Shown here in pieces: positions 23,161-44,229 of a stretch of DNA of 64,000 bases. Source of the DNA: the human T2T-CHM13v2.0 reference genome, Homo sapiens; assembly GCF_009914755.1 (NCBI RefSeq), contig NC_060925.1. One strand, written 5' to 3'. The position numbers and the translations under genes were made by a program. Every line of letters starts with the position of its first letter. Positions within the stretch are counted from its first letter, which is position 1. A model generated the notes under the pieces. That model made no database searches. It had not been told where the DNA came from and saw only the letters and a program-made list of their open reading frames with translations.

Positions 23161-25911
23161 CACACTGTCATCTTTTTTTTTTTTTTTTCAAGAAAAGCTT
23201 TGTAAATATTCAAGACATGATCTTTTTTTCCCATCTTTGAAACCACTATTGGGTGTCTTTGTCTACCTTAAATTTAGGTACTTTTCCTATGATATTCACT
23301 TAATTATCACAGTTTTAGGCCTGTGTAGAGCACATATGGCCCTCATTAGATTTTTTATTTGGGACAAGTGATATAATCCTTTTACATGTGTATGGTGTTG
23401 CCCCTTTCAGACATTTCTGTGTACCTTTCTCCACTAGATTTCATAAGAATTCTATCCAGTAAGCTGGACAGCCATTGCTGTCTTCATTTGGTTGTTGAAG
23501 GAAACGAGGCACAGAGAGATATAGTAACTTCCTTTTAGACACACATTGAGGCAAAGGTGAAGTTGAAACTAAAAACCTATAATTCCTTAAACTAACAGAA
23601 GAACCAATGAGGTGTGAGCTGAGAGATTCTGGTCGCATGGAAATTTTCCCATTTTGTCAAGCTTTGTTTTTGTATGTAAAAACTTTTCCCAAGTTTCAAG
23701 GACAGGGAGATATCTGAAAGCCACAGAATTCATAGCTGAATTCCCAGATCATGCTGCTCAACCTTATACTATGCCCAAGAAGGAAAGTTCCAAGGCTGAT
23801 GGAAAAGGACAGGATCCGTCAGTGAGTTGATGTGACTGGGCTGAAAAAGATTCAAAGAGACACAATCTGTCTCTGGAGACAATTAGAAAACAGAGTAGGG
23901 GGCCATTTGCTACATCTCTCTCTTTGTTTCAAATGTGGCTGTTTAAATTTGAATTGAATGTGTTTGGGGATTTTCTACAAAGGGAGTCACTTGGAAGGCT
24001 GCCGTTTCTTGTTATCAGTCATGTTTTATTATTGAGAGGAGGAACACCCAGAGGAGCTTCAGAGCCAGGCACAGGCAAAAAAAAAAAAAAAAAAAAAAAA
24101 AGTGAGGGATTGGTGCACAACAATACCTCAGTCCTATGGTATCCAAACTCATAGATATTGTCCTCAGGGATAGTTAAAGATTCAGTACAAAAGAAGATGA
24201 TTCCAAAGTATTTTAAGTGGTATTATCTTAAAGGTGAAATGAGAGTATCAATAAAGGTCATTAATCTACTCAATCATTAGGCACTCACCATTGACACTGC
24301 ATGAGTTAGACATTAGAAGAATCAGAGCTTATGGTACCCCCTATAAGTATGCAAGTAAGTTGTACTGAGACATAATTATATCGACTAGCAAGCAAATGTA
24401 TTACTTAGGTCTATAAATTGATAAACAAGTGGTACAGATCAGTGTTGTGAAATGTGGAGGAGAAGATACTTAAGCCCTTCATTAAGTTAGAAAGAAACAG
24501 TCAGTTTCAGCTTGTAAAGGAATGGAGAACCATAGTGCTAGGGGGAAGTAGCAGCCAACAAGAAGGGAAGTAGAGGATTATAGAAGAGGGAAAGACAATT
24601 TAAGTTGGTTAGGGGCATCGCTGTTTCCTTATTGTCCTACTTATTGTCTTTCCAAAGCAAAATCTCTACCTGGTCTCCTTTTGCCTTTCCAGTACCTAAG
24701 TCAGCTCTGACTAGAATAGTCATTCACTTAAGCTCTCCATGCCTGACATTTCTCATCTGTTATAAAGGGCATAAAGTATACTTCTTGTATATATGCTAAG
24801 GTTTCTGGAAGCTTAGAAGCAATGATATGTAGTGAAAGTTCTTTGAAATGTACTAAGTGCTATAAAACTGTGAGGCACTAATACTTACTTTCTCTGTGTA
24901 ACTCTGTAAGAGGTATCCAAGCTATCTGGTTAGGATTGGGATTTGTAGTTTTAATTCGACTTGACCACTGCAGTGAGAGACAGACTTTATCATTTCTTTA
25001 TCAGAGTAAGTGTTTTTTTGCCAAGAGGAACACAGATTGGGCAAGGTTTAGCCAAATCTAACGATAGGTGTTAACCCTTGGAATGTGATTTTAATAGCAA
25101 ATAGGTATTTATAATTAATGTGCAATAACTCAATTATGCACATCTCTTTAAATTTAATAGGCCCTGTTAAGGTAAGATCATTAAGCACCCAATTGAATGT
25201 TAAACACATATATTTGGGGTTTAACGACTGTGCAGCAGATGCAGGATGGATTATGGGATTGTTAAAGGGTATTAAGAAAGTTGTTACTGTTGTGGGGGTA
25301 TTTAATTAATGTTTTAAGCAATCTCAACTTTGAAATCTGCCCAAAATTCTAGATGAAATCTGCTTGGGGAGCAGGAGCATAATTGGCAGCGTTACTGGTT
25401 AAACCGAACCACGCTGAAGGAGAACACAACGAAACAGCCCTCTAATTAGTGTGAGAAATGACAACAACACAACAAAAACCACCAAGTGTCTCCAATGACA
25501 GGTGCAGCAAATAACAAGGCTGATGAAAGATTTTGCAATTAAAGATGCTGCTATGAAGATTAATGGAGTATTATCTTAAATTAATGTAAGGCGGTTGATC
25601 AGAGATGAGTTTCTGCCTTACAAGCAGCCCACCTTTTCTACTTTTCTTCCCTTAATTTGTTTCTAGGAGTCAAGTCCTCTTTACCATCCCCCAATATTCA
25701 AATGACTTTTGATTTTATAGTTTCTCTATTCTTCTTTTTCTGAATGTACGTGGTCTACTTTTTGTTCTTTTGGTCTCTTTCTGTCTCTCTCTCTTTTTCT
25801 TGATAAAAATAAAATGGTTTCAACTTAGTGTCAGTGTTCTGTCTCCTATACCCAACATCTCACTAGGTATTTTTTTACTTTCCATCAAAGGAGTTGTTTA
25901 AATTACAAATT

Positions 25912-26186
25912 GCTGTTCTATTGCACAGTAGGGTGATGCTGGTTAACAGTAAGGTATAGAATATTACAAAATAGCTAGAAGAGAGGCTTTTGAACATTTT
26001 CACCACAAAGAAATGATAAATGCATGAGGTGTTGGATATACTAAACACCTGGACTTGATCATCATTATAAGACATATATATATATATGTATTGAAACATT
26101 AAATTGTATCCCATAATATGACCAATTACAATGTGGCAATAAAAATATATAAAATCACATTATAGAAAGATAAAATAAACACACAC
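25912..26186 (+). mobile_element. L1MA 3' end fragment
   Basis: aaaatagctagaagagagg...caccacaaagaaatgataaatg; A-rich tail; probable TSD aaattacaaatt / aaattacagatt. Confidence 0.85.
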
Positions 26187-26324
26187 AAATTACAGATTAG
26201 TCTACTCAAAGCTCAAGGATTACACAAATATTCTAATAATAAAGAGGGAGATTAAACAAGGAAGGCACCTTGTTTAAATCTTTAAAATTATTAGAATATT
26301 TATTTTTGTCATCATGACCTCACC

Positions 26325-28168
26325 ATTCATTCTTTCAATAAATATTGATTGAGTGTCGACTATGTACCAAGCATATTCTAGGCCTCGGAGGTACAAGCAG
26401 TAAATAAACAGGTACATTCTCTGTATTTAAAAGTTTACTTTCTAGTTGAAGGAACAGAAAATAAATACAAAGCAAGAACATGGCATATGGTGATTGATTC
26501 AATAGGAGAAAATGCAGCAGACAAGCAACAAAGGGAATGCCAGGGGTAGGAGTTGTTATTTTGGGTGATCTCACTAATAGTGGCATGTAAACAGATACGT
26601 GAAAGAGGTGAAGTGAGGAACAGTAAGGAAGTCTGTTTATCTGGAACTGAGTGAGAGAGGTAGGAGATAAAATCAGAGGGGTGGGCAAGGGGTAAATTTA
26701 TATAGGTGCTTATTGGGAATCTTAGGACTTTGGCTTTTACTGTAGGTGATATGGAAAGCCACTAGAGAGTTTGACCACAGGAAAGACATAAGCAAATTAA
26801 GTTTTAAAATAATCATACTAGCTCCTATGAAGTTGGCCACTGTGGCCTGGAGAGGAAGATGGAATAGATAATAAAAGAGAGAATTAATAGTGGTTTGACT
26901 TGGATGGTTGTAGTCTAAGGGATGAGAAGTAGTCAGATTCTAGATGTACTCTAGAGATATCTAGAGCCAATAGCATTTGATGACAAACTGGATTACTTTA
27001 AGCTTTTGGGACTGAACAATTAGAAGACTGAAATTACCATTTACTGAGGATGAAAGTTTAGTGGGGAAAATCAAGAGTTTCTTTGAGGGCATATTAAGTG
27101 GAACTGTAAAGTGGGTATTGGATATAGAACTGTGGATTTCAGAGGGAATTTCCAGGATGAATATATAAATTTGGCAGTTATTTATATAGGATAATATTGG
27201 AAGCCATAAAACTCAATGAAATCATGTTGGGAGCAAATATAGATAGAAAAGAAGGGGAGGTCTGAGAACTGAGACCTGTGGTATTCCAACATCTATGGGT
27301 TGAAGAGTGAGGAGAACACAGCCAAGAAGATAGAGAAAAAGCAGCCAGGCAGAGAGGAAAGACCAAGAAGAGCATGAAGAAGTGTTTCAAGTTGGAGAAA
27401 ATGATCAGTTGTGTCAAATGCTGCTGGTAGGATGAGAACTGAGAAATGTGTATTGGTTCAGCAACATCATTGGTGACCTTGTCAGGAGCTATTTCAGTGA
27501 AGTCCTGGGTTAAAAGACTAATTGCCATGCATTAAATCAAGACCAGAAAAGAAGAACTGGAGCTAGTGAGAATATAAATCTCTTTGGAGGGATGTTGCTG
27601 TAAAAATAAAGTGAATAAATGGAGTTGTAGCTGGAGAGGGATGTGAGATCAAGAGAAAAATATCTTTTTATTTATTTATTTTTAATCTGCCCACAACCTC
27701 CTAGAAAAATATCTTTTCAAATGCAAAAGACATTATAACATATTCCTGTGCTGTTAGGAATGATCCAGATTAGAGGAAAACTTTATGATGCAGGACCAAG
27801 CACGGGCATTGCTAGAGTATAGTCCTTAAGTAGGCAAGGGAGGAAGGGACCTGCTGCACAGATCATGGGATTGAGTTCAAATGTGACCATAATCAATTCA
27901 TTCATGTAACAGGAGGAAAGACAGCATATATGGGTATAGGAATGTAGGCTGGTAGATGTAATGGTGGAAGACTGTGCATGCTCTCTTCTAGTTGCTTTTC
28001 CTTTATATGTAGATACTTAAATAGGAAGAAAGGCTATCAGCTAATAATAAGAATAAAGAATAAGGTGTTGGAGGTTTGAAAGCAAAGTAGAAGGCAAAAA
28101 ACAGTTATGAGCAGAGGGAAACACTAGGATTGCAGAGTGACCATAATAGACCATTTAAAGTCACTGGC
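26325..28168 (-). mobile_element. L2a, long fragment, split by the L1PB1 (resumes ~34640-34830)
   Basis: cattcattctttcaataaatattgattgagtg L2 terminus; tgtgtcaaatgctgct...tcattggtgaccttg L2 body. Confidence 0.8.
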
Positions 28169-28179
28169 CACAAATTTTA

Positions 28180-34628
<6,449 letters not shown>

Positions 34629-37119
34629 CGCAAGTTTTAAATTGAGACCAAAGTGCATTTCTCTGAGCATTTTTTTCTGGGTAAATGTGGGTGCAGAGTA
34701 GATAGAGAGTTGCATTTAACTAGGTTCAGAATTTTTGCAGAGTGAGCATAATAAAAAAGAGAGATAATGGAGATGAGGGTATATGCAATGAAATGATTAA
34801 AAAATAATGGGTGATATAATTTAAGCTGGGTATGGTAGGGTGACAAGAGAATATAAAGGGAGTAAAGGAAGAGGGGAATACAGTCTGTTTTATGAACTGC
34901 TCTGGTCATTAAGTCTATTTTTCCCTCTTTAGTTGCTGTTGTAGCCCTTTTATTGCCCAGATACCACAATGGCAACATTGGCTCCTACTGAACAATTGTG
35001 ATCAGGGCCATTAGAATATCTTCAAAAAGAAATGTGAGCCACCCAGGACCCAGCAGTCATGGTAATGAAATAGCATAGTGCCTTGAAGTCAAATGCCATT
35101 GCAATATGGTTGGCATCCAACCCTACTTGTGTCCAGGGTTGCACCTAACCCTACTTGTTTCCAATTTGGTGTGATTTGGAGAGAGAGAGAGCGAGAAAGG
35201 AAAATATCTACCTATCTATATATACACACACATGTGTATGTATATATTCATTCCTCATGAGAGAACAATCACTACAAACTATGTATTGAGAGTAATTCTG
35301 TGAATAGGCATATGTAACTTATGTTTCACCTCTGTGAGTGTAAGAGTGTATATCACTGTGAACTGGCATGTATCAAATGTCTAGCTCTTCTCATAGGGCA
35401 GGACAGTTCTGTGATTTGTGCTTTCTTTCTGCCTTTTCCAAGATACCCACAGCTGGCCACCAGAAGAGAGGTCAAAGTCCCTGTTTGCCCTTTAGCCTGA
35501 GTCAAACTGTCTCCACCAACCTGTCATATTCATTCATCTTCAGACTTCCCATACTGTACTGCATTCACCCCCATCCAGATTGCTAAAATGGCAGTATAGC
35601 ATGGCCATAGAGTCCCATTACTTTACCAGCAACACAGGGAACATTGTTTTTCCTGATCAAATGAGATTCAGTTACATGTCAGGGAAAATCAGCATCAGCA
35701 GCTTGTGTCATTTAATAAAACCTAAAGTTACAAGTGTCCCGAATAGTTCCCTTAGAAGCTATTTTAAGTGGACAGCCCTTCCCCAGAAAGCCCCGTGAGT
35801 AAAGAATAACAGAAGTTAATTTTAGCAAGCACTTTTTAACCTACATTTGGGGACAAAAATGCCAGGAAACCTATTATATAATTGAAGTAAAAAGAAACCC
35901 TCTGGGTGTGACAAAAAGTTGTCTGTCTCAAGTTACTGCAAATGGAAAAATGATATACCGAGGAGCTTGGTATTTGAGAAGTCCAATAGCGAGAAACTTT
36001 ATTTGCTGAGATGGCAAATGAGGGCACCTGGATGTTAAAGAACACTTGACACTTTGGGCTGCAAGGCTGCTGGAATGTTCCCATGGGGCATTCATGTTCC
36101 CAAGTGGAATGGAGCCTCCCATTGGAAATAATAATTCCACACCAAAATATGAAGATCAGAAACCGTATTTGTTCATCTGGCAGAACTCCTAAGAATCCCG
36201 GATGTGCTTTAAACCTAAGCTCTTTACAAACTAGAGTTTCCAGAATAAGGTAGTCAAAGTATTACTGTACCTTCCTTACCTCATTCAGTATTCAGGACTA
36301 TTCAAGCTGATTATCTTCCTAGATATCTGATCTGCCACTCTCCTGCATTTCTACCCTATGTGACCTGTCCATTGTTCCTGGCCCCTGCCTCTTCTCAGCT
36401 TCAAGTGGCTTCTTCAGCATGGCTGCAGAGTGCCAGTTTGTCCACTCACTAGTTGGATAGCCTTAGCCAGGTCACAGGATCTCTCTAAAACTGTTTCTCA
36501 CCTGCAAAGTGAGTGATTTGAAAATATCTACTTCCCTTTGTTGTTGAGTAAAGTAAAGGAGAAAAAGGTAAAGACTTTTAACAAATTATAATCGTTTAAA
36601 AATATAAATTAATTCTTTGTGAATATGATCTTCTGACTTCCTTGAAAATAAAACTGGCAACCAGGTTTTGACCTTGGTCTACTTTCTGCTTGAATTTAGT
36701 AACCAGTTTCTTTCCTGATGGAAGGAAATTTCCCTAGCAGATGTTGGTTCTCTTACCCCACTCTCTAGAGTTTTATTAGGCACAGCTTCCATTCCTCTGC
36801 TGTCTTAGCTTCCATGATTAGTTCACCTACAGTTCCCTGAAATGCTCTGTAAAGGGCACTAACCTTGTGTGTCCTTCTAAAGATTGCACAGTACCAGCAA
36901 CCACTGTTATGTAGAAAAGGCATGATTAAAAAGTCATACAAAGATGTTCAGCAGTTTATCTTATGATCTTTTTTTTCATGTTATTTCATTGGTGATCCAC
37001 TACAACTTTTGACAGAGGAAAAATGATTCCAGGTCTTCGGATTGAAAACCCCCAAGACTTGTAGAAATTAAAGGTATTGTTTATGGGCTTTCTTCTCATT
37101 ACATTGTTGCTTATGTCCG

Positions 37120-37550
37120 AAAATCCAGGGTTTAGCCACCAGGTTTTAGTAGATCTCAGATGGCACACACAAGCTGGGTCATTGAAGACAGCTTAATAGA
37201 TTATTTACAAAGCAGTGGGCAGGGCTCAGGAAGTCAACATGGGATGGTATAGTACCTCTGGGCTACTAACAAAGAGGATTTGCTACCACTTCAGACGTGA
37301 AGGGCAAAAGAGAAAGTTATTACAGGAATCTAGAAAAAGGGTTATATGGAAAGATGTCAACTCAATATAATCCAGCAGGAAAATTTACTCCAGGGAGTTA
37401 ATTCTCCAGTTTCATTCTGTTATGCTGCCTCTGTCCTTGATTTCTTCCTATCATCTTCATTGCCAGAATGCAACTGGAAGCCAGAAGCCAAATATGCAGA
37501 AGAGTAGAGATAAATACAGAGTGGATCTATAGGGACAAATAAGATGTAAA
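37120..37550 (-). mobile_element. LTR33-like ERV-L LTR
   Basis: cagatggcacacacaagctgggtcattg...tatttacaaagcagtgggcaggg matches recalled LTR33 antisense. Confidence 0.6.
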
Positions 37551-37589
37551 TAGGAAAAAAATGATTTTATTTGCTATGGAACCCAGATT

Positions 37590-38175
37590 CATTCTCTCTC
37601 TCCCTCCCCCTCCCCCCTCCTCCTCCCCTCCCCCTCCTCTTCCCCCTCCCCCTCCTCCTCCCCTCCCCCCTCCTCCCCTCCCCCTCCTCTTCCCCCTCCC
37701 CCTCCTCCTCCCCTCCCCCCTCCTCCCCTCCCCCTCCTCTTCCCCCTCCCCCCTCCTCTTCCCCCTCCCCCTCCTCCCCCTCCCCCTCCTCCTCCCCCTC
37801 CCTCCTCCTCCTCCCCCTCCATCCTCTTCCCCATCCCCCCTCCTCCCCCTTCCCCTCCTTCTCCTCCCACCCCTCCTCTTTTCTACCCACCTCCTCCTCC
37901 TCTTCTACTTCTCCTCCTCCTTTCCCCCCTCCTGTTCTTCTCCTCTTCCTCCTCCTCTTCTCCTTTTCCCTCCTTCTCCTTCCTCTTCCTCTCCTTCTCC
38001 TTCTCCTTGTTCTTCTTCTTCTTCTCCTCCTCCTCTTCCTTCTTCTTCCTCTTCCTCTTCCTCCTCCTCCTCTTCCTCCTCTTCTCCTTCTCCTCCTCCT
38101 CCTTCTTCTTCCTCTTCTCATTTTTCATCTCTTTCTTCTTCTTCTTCTTCCCCTCCTCCTCCTTCTTCTCCTTAT
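37590..38175. repeat. Polypyrimidine/polypurine low-complexity tract (CnT, CCT and CTT repeats)
   Basis: Almost exclusively C/T for ~590 bp. Confidence 0.97.
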
Positions 38176-38217
38176 TTTCATCTTGTTATTCTGCATCTTA
38201 CTCTCTTTCTCTGTCCC

Positions 38218-39815
38218 AATTTTTTATTCTAGAATAGTTTTACATTTACAAAAAAATACAGAGAGTACAGAGAGTTTCCATATACCATACATCCAGGTTC
38301 CCCACTATTATTAGCATTTTACTTTAGTATGGTGCATTTGTAACAACTAATGAGCCAGTATTGGAACATTATTATTAACTAAAGTTCATAGTTTATCTAA
38401 AGTGTCTTAGTTGTTATCTAATGTCCTTTTTCTGGTTCACTGTCCCATCCAGGCTATAGAATTACATTTAGTAAAGTCTCCTTAGGCTCCTCTTGGCCAT
38501 AATCATTTCTCAAACTTTGCTTATTTTTGATAGCCTTGACAGTTTAGAGGAGTGCTGATCAGGTATATTGTAGAATATTCTTTCATTGACATTTTTCTGA
38601 TAGTTCTCTCATGATTAGATTCTCTCATGATTATGGGTTTTTGAGAAGAGAATCACAGCAATAAAATGCCATTCATCACATCATATCGAGGGTACATAAT
38701 ATCAATAGGACTTATCACTGTTTGTCTGTCTTTGTTATTTATGGTTATCACTGATGATGTTGATCACCGAAATGGAATAGTTTGTGAGGTTTCTCCACTA
38801 TGACGTGACTCTCATTTTTCTCTTTCCATACTGTACCCTTTGTAAGGAAATCACTATGTGCAGCACAAACCTAGGAAACAGAGAGTTATGCTTCACCTCT
38901 TTAAAGGTGGAGTAGCTATATAAATTATTTGGAATTCTTTCTCATGGGAAATTTGTCTATTTTGCCTTATTTATTTATTTGTCCAATAATTTCTTTATAT
39001 TCAATAAAAGCCCTCATTTCTTTCATCAGAGGATAGTATTAGAAACCAAGATCTGGGCTCCAGGTGTACTTGTTGATACTGTGGTGTTGTTTCTAGGCTA
39101 TTTTAGCAAACAGTCAAGGAAATATCAATGTGCACACTAACCAATGTATATACACATACTGTAAATGTTTCTCTAAGTAACTATCTGTACCTACATTAAG
39201 ATAAGCCTGAATTCATACTGATTCCTCCAACTCTAATTTGTTACTACATGGATCATTCTAGCCTTCTCCTATTGCTTATCTGTAACCCCCCAGTCTAGCA
39301 ATGAGAAATCTGTCAGTCACCATCCACCATCTATTTACTTAATTGTTTAATTCTAGTACACACGTATACTGGTTTCAGAATTTTATTCTTTACCTCCATG
39401 GGGAGCTTATAAACTACAGTACAGTGCTTTTGTAAAATTCCTTTCCTTTAGTCTTATAAAAGCCTCATTTTCAAAATCATCTAGGTCAGCACCTTTTTCT
39501 TCCATTGTATTTTGTGAGGTTGTTTCATACATTTGCAATACAGTCAAATTGCCACATTCAGCATCCCATTTTGGGATCCCCTAACTTTGTAAGAAAATTA
39601 TTGCATACCTTAAAGTTCACTGTTCATGGTATGAAATTGTATGAGTTTTGACAAATGCTTAGTGTCATGTATCTATTACTGCAGCATCATACAGAGAAGT
39701 TTCACTGTTCTAAGTATCCCCTGTGCTTCACATATTCAACCTCTCTATCTTCAACTCTTTGAAAATACTGATCTGTTTATCATGTCCCTAGTTTTATGTT
39801 TTTCAGAATATCATG
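38218..39815 (-). mobile_element. L1MC/L1MD-type 3' UTR
   Basis: ttttattctagaatagttttacatttaca...agtacagagagtttccatatacc...cattattattaactaaagttcata. Confidence 0.75.
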
Positions 39816-39996
39816 TATGTAATCAGAAATTTATTCATTTATTCTAGGTTTTCTAGTTTTTGAGTGTATAGTTGTTGATAATAGTCTCCAATGATCTTTT
39901 GTATTTCTGTGACATCAGTTGTAATCTCTTCGTTTCCATTTATAATTTTGGATATTCTCTCTTCTTTTCCTGGTTAGTTTAGCTAGTGGTTCATAA

Positions 39997-40307
<311 letters not shown>

Positions 40308-40601
40308 GCAATTTTGTTTATCTTTTCAAATAACAAGCGTTTCATTTCATTTTTTTTTTTTTTTTGTCTCTCATATTTTTCTGTGATTGTTGATACTTCT
40401 TTTCTTCTGCTAACTTTGTGTGAGGTTTATTCTTGTTTTCCTAGTTCCTGGAGGTGCAGCATTAGGTCGTTTATTTCTGATCTTTCTACTTTTTTGATGT
40501 AGACATTTAATGCTACAAAATTCCTTCTTAGCACTGCTTTTGCTGTACCCTAGAGGTTTCTTTCCACATTACATTTCCTTTTTCACTCATTTCAAAAAAA
40601 A

Positions 40602-40891
<290 letters not shown>

Positions 40892-43800
40892 TCAAAAAAT
40901 TTTTAAATTTGCGTCTTAATTTCTTCATTGACCCAAAGATGATTCAGAAGCATGTTGTTTAATTCCCATGCATGAATATAGTTTCTGAAGTTCCTCTTGA
41001 TATTAATTTATTGTTTTATTCTGTAGTTATCTGGGCAGATATTTGATATGATTTCAACTTTTTAAAATTTATTGACTTGTTTTGTGCCTTAACATATGAT
41101 CTATCTTGGAGAATGTCCCATATGCTGATGAGAAGAATGTATTATACAGTTTTGGGGTAGAAAGTTCTAAAAATGTCTGTTGGGCCCATTGGGTCTAAAG
41201 TTCAACTTATGTTAAGTGTTCCTTTATTGATTTTCTGTCTTGCTGATCTGTGTAGTGCTTTTAGTGGGGTGTTAAAAGTCTTGAATATTATTATATTGTT
41301 GTCTGTCTCTTTCTTTAGGTTTATTAATATTTGTTTTATTAATTTAGTTGCTCCATTATTGGGTGTATATACCTTTACCATTATATACTTTTCTACTTTG
41401 TCTTTTTTTGTTGTTTTGCTTTGTTTTGTTATTGATTTATCTGATACAAGTATAACTACTCCTGCTTGACTTTGGTTTCTGTTTGTGTTGAATATCTTTT
41501 TCCAGCCCTTTATTTCCAGTTAAATGTATCTTTACTGGTAAGGTGAATCTCTTGTTAGCATATAGTTGAATCATGGTTTTTAAATTCATCCCACAAATCT
41601 AAGTCTTTCATATGGAGCATTTAATTTATTTATATTCCAGATTAATATTGATAGGTGAGATTTCTGTCATATCGTTAATTGTTACCTAGTTGTTTTTCAA
41701 TTCTTTGTTTCTTTCTTTTTCTCAAACTGTCTTTGTGGTTTGGTGGAATTCTGTCATGTTGTCACTCGATTCCCTTATTTTCTTCCATTGTGTGATTGTT
41801 TTATAAGACCTGTGAGTTTTATACTTTCATGTATTTTTACAATGGTAAATATTGACTTTTCATTTCCATACTTAGGACTCTTTGGAACATTTTTGTACAG
41901 CCTGTCTAGTGGTGACAACTCCCTTAGTGTTTGCTTATCTGGGAAATACTTTCTTTCCTCTTCATCTGTTAATCTTAATGTAGCTGGATATAAAATTTTG
42001 ACTGGAGGTTGTTTTACTTTTAGCACTTTGAAAATGCTATCTCATTTAATTTTAACTCGTAAGTTTTCTGCTGAGAAGTCTGCTGTTAGTCTGATGGAGT
42101 TTCCTTTATAGATGACGAGATGCCTTTGTCATGCCAATTTTAAAATTCTCTTCATGTTGACTTTAGGTAGTCTGATTACACTATGTTGTGGTGAATTTCT
42201 TTTTGCAATGAATTTTTCTGGAGATCCTTGGGCCATACCTGGATGTCTAAGTCTCTTGTTAGACTTGGGAAATTTTTACCATTAAAAAAATAGACCCTCA
42301 ATATAATAATATAAATAAATATATAAATATATATATATAAATAAATATATATAAAATTCAGGGCTTTTCAATTTTTCTTCCCTCTTGGGAATATTGGTAA
42401 TTTGTAAGTCTCATGGATATATGTATTCCCATATGTCTCAAAGGCTTTGCTTATTTTTAATTCTTTTATTTTTTAATTTTTGTCTGACTGCATTATTTCA
42501 AAAGACCTATCTTCAAGTTGTGAGAGTCTTTCTTCTGCCTGGTCTAGTCTGTTTTTAAATGTTTCTAATGCATTTTATAATTCCTTCAATAAATTTTTCA
42601 ATTCCAGAATTTCTGTTTGGTTTTTCTTAAGATATTTATATCTTTGATAAATTTCCCATTTATATCCTGAATTGATTTTCTAATTTCTCTGTATTAATTT
42701 TCATATGTCTTTTGCATCTCATTGAGCTTTAAAATCATTATTTTAAATTCTTTATCTGGCATTCCAAGAATTTTTTTTTCTTTTTGGTTAGAATCTATGG
42801 CTGAGAATTATTGTGATCCTGCGAGGGTGTCATAATACCTTGCTTTTTCATGCTTCCTGTATATTTATTCATTTCAGCACATCTGCAGTAGCAATAACTT
42901 CTTATTTTTGAATTTACTTTTGTTGGGGGAGACAGGCTTATGGCTGTCTGAGCAGCTGCTGTAGTGTAAGCAGTGAGGTTAGCAGTGGTTGTGAGATTTT
43001 CTCATTCCTGAGCACCATGCTGTTGTGTCAGCAGTTGTAATGGACTGTGTGGGCATACTTCCAGTAGGTGATGCTTGCAAGTAAGAACCAGCTGCAGTGG
43101 TAGCAGTAGGGTTTGTACCCAACCCCTATTAGCCAAAAAAAAAAAAAAAAAAAAAAACTACTTGGTTGTCTCAGGTGGTGAGTCGGGCCATGGATCATCC
43201 AGGACCCTGGGTCCCATCCTCTGTTTGGAGGTGGTACAAAGCTAGACAGAACTGGACCAGAGAAGCCTGCACTCAGGTCTCTCAATGGCAGGTACAAGCA
43301 CTAGCCCTGACAGGTGCAGTGAGGCACTCCTCAGGTCTGTGGCAAAATGCCTAGGTGAGAGGCAACTGCTGCTGCACCAGGGTCTCGGCAAGGAGTGGTC
43401 CTAGTACCACAGCCTTTGCCAGTGGGAGTGAAATCTACTTTCCTCTCATGCCCCAGACCTAATGGGGCTCCCTTCTCTATTTCAGCTGTGGCAGGTAGTA
43501 AGGATATTCAGTTAGTTACATCAGTTTCTAGTCTGCAATGCAGTCCCAGATCTTAGGTGTCACCACCAGTGTCAATAGCATGACTCCCTGGCCACTCTTT
43601 CTGCTCCAGGCCCAGGGATATTGGAGAGCCTAGTTCCAGCACCAGCAGCTGGAGCCCACACTGCCCTCAAATTTCAGTTCTGGCTGTGAAAGCCCCTCCC
43701 CTGCTAGACCCTCAGTTCTCCATGCCCAAGCCCAAGTGTCTCTAGTGCCAAAAATTGTCACTGCTACTAGTTCCCAGGACCCTGCACAGCTTGCTAAAAG

Positions 43801-44229
43801 CTAGGATAAAATATAGTATTCTCCTGTAGGTGCTCAGGTCTGGGGGAATGCATGAAACACTTCCCAGAGTAGTTTCTTCTCACAGTCTCCTGGCTACTTC
43901 CCAAGTTATATCCAGGGCTAGGGAGGGTCAAGGTGCGCTCCTATGGCCTGGATTGCACAACTCCCCTGTAGGAAAGTGAACCATAGAGACACACTCACCT
44001 GCTCCCATTTTGAGGATTCACACCCTGTTTTCAGCTGGTCCTGGCCACATGGGCTGCCTGTTCTTTTATTCCTCCCTAAATTCTAGTGTTTCCTTTTGCT
44101 TTTCTGTTTAACTCTTGTGTTCCTTCTTGGATAAACTTTCAAAAAGTGAAATTATTTCGTTTTTTTTAAGCCGATGAGGCATGCTGGAAAGGCCTCTAGT
44201 CAGCCATCTTAAAAAAGAAACAAACATCT

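Noticed and set aside
24077-24101. Isolated poly(A) run as a retrocopy tail (also ~43135-43157)
   Set aside because: No recognisable upstream element, polyA signal or TSD; treated as mononucleotide microsatellites.
11000-26000. Host protein-coding exons among the 60-115 aa ORFs
   Set aside because: No recognisable domains, coding-like composition or consistent exon chain; small exons cannot be excluded without alignment.
37561-38314. Long Pro/Ser/Leu-, Arg/Gly- and Glu/Lys-rich ORFs (184-247 aa)
   Set aside because: Artefacts of a stop-free C/T simple repeat, open in nearly all frames.
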